This document shows, piece after piece, positions 59,439 to 64,000 of a stretch of 64,000 nucleotides of DNA. Each line of letters starts with the position of its first letter. The stretch's first letter is position 1. The position numbers and the translations under genes were made by a program. Location of the stretch: contig JBBRPR010000028.1 in the NCBI GenBank assembly GCA_038227875.1, forward strand, positions 1 through 64,000, read 5' to 3'. The notes beneath the pieces were generated by a model. The model was not told the origin of the DNA. It worked only from the letters and a program-made list of their open reading frames with translations, and made no database searches. The DNA comes from Planctomycetota bacterium (lineage in GTDB: Bacteria; Planctomycetota; SZUA-567; H5-PLA8).

Positions 59439-60812
59439 ATGCCCGGTCGCACTGTCGTTCTGAAATCGATGGCTCTGGTTCTGATGCTGCTGGCCGTCGG
59501 CGCGCGCGCCGCGGATACGTCCGCGCCCTCGGCGACGCTCACCAGCGCCCCGAACGTGAACAATTCCAACGCGGCCAGCTACTCGTCCTCGCCTTACCTC
59601 TTTACGGTCACGTACTCTGACGACACCGCCATCGATGCGACGACGTTTGGCAACGATAATATTCTCGTCTCCGGAGCCAAAGGCTCGACGACGCTGGCGA
59701 CGTTCGTCTCCGCGACGCCGGCCGGCAACGGCACGCCGATCATCGCCACGTATCAGTTCTCGCCCCCCGGCGGCGTGACGAATTTCGGCAACGACGACGC
59801 GTACTCGATTTCCATTCAGCCCACGCAGGTGAAGGACACCTCCGCCAAACCCGTGCCCACTGGCAAGCTCGGCGCATTCACGATCAGCATTCTCACCATC
59901 ACCAGCGCGCCCACCGCAACCCCGATGACCGTACAGACCGGCCAGACGGTGCAGTTCGTCGCCGCCGCGTCCGGTCTGGGCAACCTGACCTATACGTGGG
60001 ATTTCAGGGATGGCATCACGACTACCGGAACGCCGAGCCTGACGGGCACGACCAACACCACCAGCCACGTCTATCTGGTGACCGGCACGTTTCCGGTCCA
60101 ACTGACGGTCTCTGATGCGTTTGGCCAGAGCGTCACCGACACGGTGACGGTCACGGTGACCACGAACACCGGCACCAATCCCGGCACGCCAGGAACGCCC
60201 GGGGTGCCCGTGGCTGGCGCGGAAGATCCCGATGCGGATGCCGACGCTGACGGCTTCAACAACGGCATCGAAACCGCGCTGGGCAGCGACGCGCTGAACC
60301 CCGCCTCGACGCCATTTTCGCTGAAAGCCAACCCGTTGCCCAACGGCGTCTTCTACATCAACCACCTGATCGTGAACCTGGTCTTCAACAAGGCCAGCAG
60401 CGACCAGATTTACATGACCGGAACGCTGCAGCGCACGAAACAATTCGTGTTCAATCAGACCACGGTGATTGTGGACATCGGCCACGTGGTCCGCGCGTTT
60501 CAGCTCGATTCCGGCGGCTCGGCGGTGAATTCGGTTTTCTCCAACGGCCAGGTGAATTCGATCGACGACTCGCTGGTGTTGAAGCGGCAGAAGAACGGCA
60601 AGAAGGTGAATTTTCAACTGCGCATCGGCAACGGCAATTTCCAGAAGCAGTTTGCGTCTGAAAAGACACCCGACCAGGTCCTGACGCTCGACCCCGGCAA
60701 GACGCACATCCGCAATGTCCGCGCGACAATCTATATCAACAACTTCGTCTTCCAGACCACCAACAAGGCGCGTTACTTCGTCAACGACATGCAGGGAAAA
60801 TACGGGCGCTGA
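59439..60812 (+). CDS. Secreted PKD-domain protein with an acidic Ca-binding-like motif and the shared C-terminal domain
   Basis: Signal peptide (..GARA/AD), Ig-like N-terminal region, PKD motif YTWDFRDG, DADADADGF..E...G.D, C-terminus YFVNDMQGKYGR. Start chosen at ATG 59439. Confidence 0.82.
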   Translation: MPGRTVVLKSMALVLMLLAVGARAADTSAPSATLTSAPNVNNSNAASYSSSPYLFTVTYSDDTAIDATTFGNDNILVSGAKGSTTLATFVSATPAGNGTPIIATYQFSPPGGVTNFGNDDAYSISIQPTQVKDTSAKPVPTGKLGAFTISILTITSAPTATPMTVQTGQTVQFVAAASGLGNLTYTWDFRDGITTTGTPSLTGTTNTTSHVYLVTGTFPVQLTVSDAFGQSVTDTVTVTVTTNTGTNPGTPGTPGVPVAGAEDPDADADADGFNNGIETALGSDALNPASTPFSLKANPLPNGVFYINHLIVNLVFNKASSDQIYMTGTLQRTKQFVFNQTTVIVDIGHVVRAFQLDSGGSAVNSVFSNGQVNSIDDSLVLKRQKNGKKVNFQLRIGNGNFQKQFASEKTPDQVLTLDPGKTHIRNVRATIYINNFVFQTTNKARYFVNDMQGKYGR

Positions 60813-60831
60813 TATCAGCGCTCGCGTGGCC

Positions 60832-61518
60832 ATGATCCCGCACCGGTACTACACGCCGTCGCCTCCCGCTCCACCTCCGCCGCCCGACCGTTCACTGCAG
60901 ACGTTCAATCTCGTTACGCGCATCGGCTTGGTGCTCCTGGCCGTCGGTTTTCTCTGGTTCGTCAAAGCATTCGTGTGGCCGGAAAGCCGGGTGCGCCACG
61001 CGCCGGGAATCCTCGTCGCCGCTGAGCCTGAACAGAAGGACGTGAAGCCGCCAAAATCGTGGGACGCCAACGGCTATCACATTACCGCGCTGGCGAGCTA
61101 CTCCGTCGAAGCCGAAGTGCTCTCGAAAGCGCGTTACTACATGGGCCGAGAATGCGATCTTTCGCCGGTGGATTTCGCACTGGGCTGGGGGCGCATGTCC
61201 GATCAGGCGCTGCTCGACAAGCTGGAGATTTCGCAGAGCGGCCGCTGGTACAACTACCATTGGGACAGCGCGCCGCCGGCCGATCAGCAGGAGATCGTCC
61301 AGCACAGCGCCAATACGCACCTGCTTCCCGCCACGCCCGCGATCAGGGCGCAGTTGCTCGCCGTCCGGCCCGGCAGCATCGTGAAACTGCAGGGGTATCT
61401 GATTTCCGCGACCGGCAGTGATGGCTGGTCGTGGGCCAGTTCGCTCTCGCGCTACGACACCGGCAACGGCAGTTGCGAAGTGATGTGGGTCGAGAGCGTC
61501 AGCGCGCGGGATCAGTGA
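60832..61518 (+). CDS. Hypothetical membrane-anchored protein
   Basis: Pro-rich N-terminus, one TM segment, motif-like blocks SPVDFALGWG.MSD, ISQSGRWY, SANTHLLPA and SSLSR.D.G.GSCE. Confidence 0.8.
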   Translation: MIPHRYYTPSPPAPPPPPDRSLQTFNLVTRIGLVLLAVGFLWFVKAFVWPESRVRHAPGILVAAEPEQKDVKPPKSWDANGYHITALASYSVEAEVLSKARYYMGRECDLSPVDFALGWGRMSDQALLDKLEISQSGRWYNYHWDSAPPADQQEIVQHSANTHLLPATPAIRAQLLAVRPGSIVKLQGYLISATGSDGWSWASSLSRYDTGNGSCEVMWVESVSARDQ

Positions 61519-61551
61519 CGGTAGCGTAGCGTAGGACCAATTGGTCGGACC

Positions 61552-62418
61552 CTAGCGCAAATTTGCGCCAGGGTTGCTCCCGCCGGTCAGGCTGCGCCGC
61601 ACCCCTTCGCGATAGGCGCGGGGACTGACGCCGCAACGCTGCTTGAACAAGCGGCTGAAATGAAACACGTCGCGGTGCCCGACCCGTCCGGCGATCTCCT
61701 TGATCGGCGCGTCGGTTTCGAGCAGGAGCTGCTGCGCCGCCTGGATCCGCTGGCGCTGAACGTAATGCTGCGGCGCGAAGCCCGTGATCTGTTTGAAGAC
61801 TGCGTGAAAACGCGATTCGGAAAGATGCATCGCGCGCGCCAGCCGAGCCAGGCTGATCGCGCCGTCGAGCTGCTCGCGGATCAGCGTCAGCGCCGGCATT
61901 AGCCGCTGGAGCGCGTCGAAGGCTTTGGCGCCCGACGGCGATTCCGTCGAGACTTCCAGCAGCGTCGCTAGCAATTCAAAACCGAGCGCTTTGCGCTGGA
62001 TGCGCTGGCGGACATCCAGCGAGGGCAGAAACAGCGCCGCGAGGTCCGTGTTGATGCGCCCGATGCGCTCGGCCGCACTGCCGCGGATCAGCACGGGGAC
62101 ATCGAAGAGCGTCAACACGTCGATGCAGCCGAAGATCAGAAAATTCATGTGCGAGAAACGGCTGTACCCGGCCGTGTTGCCTGCCAGGCCGACGTGATGT
62201 TCGACGCTCTGCCGCACGAACACCGCTGAACCCCTCGGCGTGCGTACCATCCTGTCGCGCAATTCCACGTAGGCCGGATAATCCGTCTGAGCGCAGACGG
62301 CGAACGGCAGCAGCCGCCAGCCCATCGAATGCGGCGGATGGACTAGCAGCACGCCGCCGCTGTGGTAGCTGAAGTTCAGCGTGCGTTCGAGCTCCTCCAT
62401 CAGCTTGAGATCGGCCAT
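61552..62418 (-). CDS. AraC family transcriptional regulator
   Basis: LARAMHLSESRFHAVFK..TG and IKEIA..VG..DVFHFSRLFK...G.SP..YR. Confidence 0.93.
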   Translation of the reverse strand: MADLKLMEELERTLNFSYHSGGVLLVHPPHSMGWRLLPFAVCAQTDYPAYVELRDRMVRTPRGSAVFVRQSVEHHVGLAGNTAGYSRFSHMNFLIFGCIDVLTLFDVPVLIRGSAAERIGRINTDLAALFLPSLDVRQRIQRKALGFELLATLLEVSTESPSGAKAFDALQRLMPALTLIREQLDGAISLARLARAMHLSESRFHAVFKQITGFAPQHYVQRQRIQAAQQLLLETDAPIKEIAGRVGHRDVFHFSRLFKQRCGVSPRAYREGVRRSLTGGSNPGANLR

Positions 62419-62556
62419 CTTAAAACCTCAATGCACCATCGGCAGTGGATTCCGACATGCAGACAGTAATCGCCGCTATAGCTAAGCGTTCATTCTCGGA
62501 GTAAATATACACACGTCGTTCAGAAAACACATCTCAAACCGGAGACCGATGAAGTC

Positions 62557-63204
62557 ATGAAAACAGCACAGCACACGACGGAGATCATGGAACGCGGCTA
62601 CTGCGCGCTCGAAGGTCTTTTCACGCCGGATGAACTTCAGGAAATGCGCGACCGGCTCGGCGCGTTCTACCGCGCGCAAGGCTCGCCGCCGATGAAGGGC
62701 TTTGGCTTCAATATCCATCCGCTGCTCCCGCGCATTCCGGAGTTGAAGCGCTTTCTGATCAACCCAGTGCTGATGCAGACGCTCGACGACATTTTCGGCG
62801 AGGAGGCGGTGCTGAAACACGGCGGCGCGCGCATGTCCGACCAGAATTGCGACGCGGCGATCGGCTGGCACGATCATTACTCATGGGATCCGTCGCACAT
62901 TCCGCAGCGCACCCGTTGCGAACGGCTGCTGGCTGGAATTTACGTCGACGGCTCGAACGCGAAGTCCGGTCCGCTCACGGCCGTTCCGCGCCGCTTCAAC
63001 GAACCGCTGGGCATCGCGCCCGTCGGCGACGACCCGCGCGAAGTCGCCGTCGATTGTCCGCCGGGCACAATGGTGATTTTCGACACGGCACTCTGGCACC
63101 GCGCCAAGCGCGGCAGCGCGCCGGCGATTCGCCATCTCTTCGGCGCGCATTACATGCCGCTGAGCGATAAGCGCGCGCATCCGGAAGACAACGACGTCGG
63201 GTAG
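62557..63204 (+). CDS. Phytanoyl-CoA dioxygenase (PhyH) family Fe(II)/2-oxoglutarate oxygenase
   Basis: ERGYCALEGLF, GWHDH, GPL.AVP, PGTMVIFD.ALWHRA, and a following conserved Arg. Confidence 0.82.
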   Translation: MKTAQHTTEIMERGYCALEGLFTPDELQEMRDRLGAFYRAQGSPPMKGFGFNIHPLLPRIPELKRFLINPVLMQTLDDIFGEEAVLKHGGARMSDQNCDAAIGWHDHYSWDPSHIPQRTRCERLLAGIYVDGSNAKSGPLTAVPRRFNEPLGIAPVGDDPREVAVDCPPGTMVIFDTALWHRAKRGSAPAIRHLFGAHYMPLSDKRAHPEDNDVG

Positions 63205-63230
63205 CGAATTGATCGACCAGCCTCGCGGCT

Positions 63231-64000
63231 CTACACAAACGCGCCTGCTGTCTGCGCGCGGTATTGCCGGGGGCTCAAGCCGCATTTCTTCTTGAAGATG
63301 CGGCTGAAAAACAGCGCGTCATGCTGGCCGACGCTCGCCGCGATTTCACCAATGGAAAGATCGGTACGGATCAGCAGTTCCTGAGCTTTGCGCATCCGCA
63401 TGCGCAGGATGTACTGCTGCGGCGCGAGGCCCGTGCCTTCGCGGAAGACAGCGTGGAAGCGCGCGACGGACAGATGCGCGCGGCGCGCCAGGTCTTCGAC
63501 ACGGATGCGCTTGCCGGTGTTCTGATGAATGTAGGTCAGCACCGGCAGCAGGCGCTGCGTGTCGCGCACCAGCGGGTTGGTCTCACGCCACCGCGAGACG
63601 CTGGCGATGGTATCGAGCATCGAGAAGCCGAGAACTTTGCGGCGTGCGATCGGCTTTAGAGTCAGCGAGGACTCGCGCGCAAGCTGCGCGAGTTCCGTGT
63701 TGATTTCGCCCAACCGCGCAGCGGCAACGTCGTAGACCAGCAACGGCGTGTCGAGCAGCAGAAACAAATCGATGCCGCCGAAGACCGTGAAGGTCGTGCA
63801 TGACCATCGGCTCACGCCGCGTTTGGACAACAGCGTGCAGTTGTGGTGAATGCCCGGCGCGACGCAGATCGCGCTGCTTTTGTGGCCCAACAGCTTGCCG
63901 CGCCCCGCGACTTCGAGCATGCCCTTCGAATCGGTACTCGCGGTGACGAGATACGGGAGCGTGCGCCAACCGGTTGTGTGCGGTGCGATCATCTCCGTCA
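63231..64000 (-). CDS. AraC family transcriptional regulator (5' end probably beyond the window)
   Basis: LARRAHLSVARFHAVFR..TG, IGEIA..VG..D..FFSRIFKK..G.SP..YR; frame stays open to the window edge; paralog of 61552-62418. Confidence 0.9.
   Translation of the reverse strand, partial: TEMIAPHTTGWRTLPYLVTASTDSKGMLEVAGRGKLLGHKSSAICVAPGIHHNCTLLSKRGVSRWSCTTFTVFGGIDLFLLLDTPLLVYDVAAARLGEINTELAQLARESSLTLKPIARRKVLGFSMLDTIASVSRWRETNPLVRDTQRLLPVLTYIHQNTGKRIRVEDLARRAHLSVARFHAVFREGTGLAPQQYILRMRMRKAQELLIRTDLSIGEIAASVGQHDALFFSRIFKKKCGLSPRQYRAQTAGAFV

Overview
GC-rich bacterial chromosomal window with about 40 supportable protein-coding genes and no rRNA, tRNA, CRISPR array, integrase or transposase that I can see. 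The gene content (pilB-pilT-pilB, ECF sigma with a FecR-VIT-vWA partner, FGE-sulfatase and PKD proteins, fused sugar ABC components) suggests an uncultured Planctomycetota-like organism, but this is inference. Recognisable genes include recJ, pyc, an Mrp/ApbC fusion, an aldehyde dehydrogenase, a FabF-like synthase, an acyl-CoA ligase, pilT with two PilB/GspE paralogs, and AraC regulators around a PhyH dioxygenase. Main leads: (1) three otherwise unrelated secreted PKD proteins share an unnamed ~140-aa C-terminal domain ending in Y-x(n)-GK-x-G, a candidate sorting or anchoring module; (2) an operon of ECF sigma, a FecR-VIT-vWA-LolA-like sensor and a giant TPR protein; (3) a ~60-nt palindromic element in four copies whose inner stem changes sequence but keeps its pairing; (4) several heptamer tandem-repeat families forming intergenic hairpins and entering protein termini; (5) a divergent GH94-like phosphorylase, a pseudokinase-FGE protein, and a PhyH with HxH in place of HxD. 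All domain calls come from reading motifs by eye; no searches were run.
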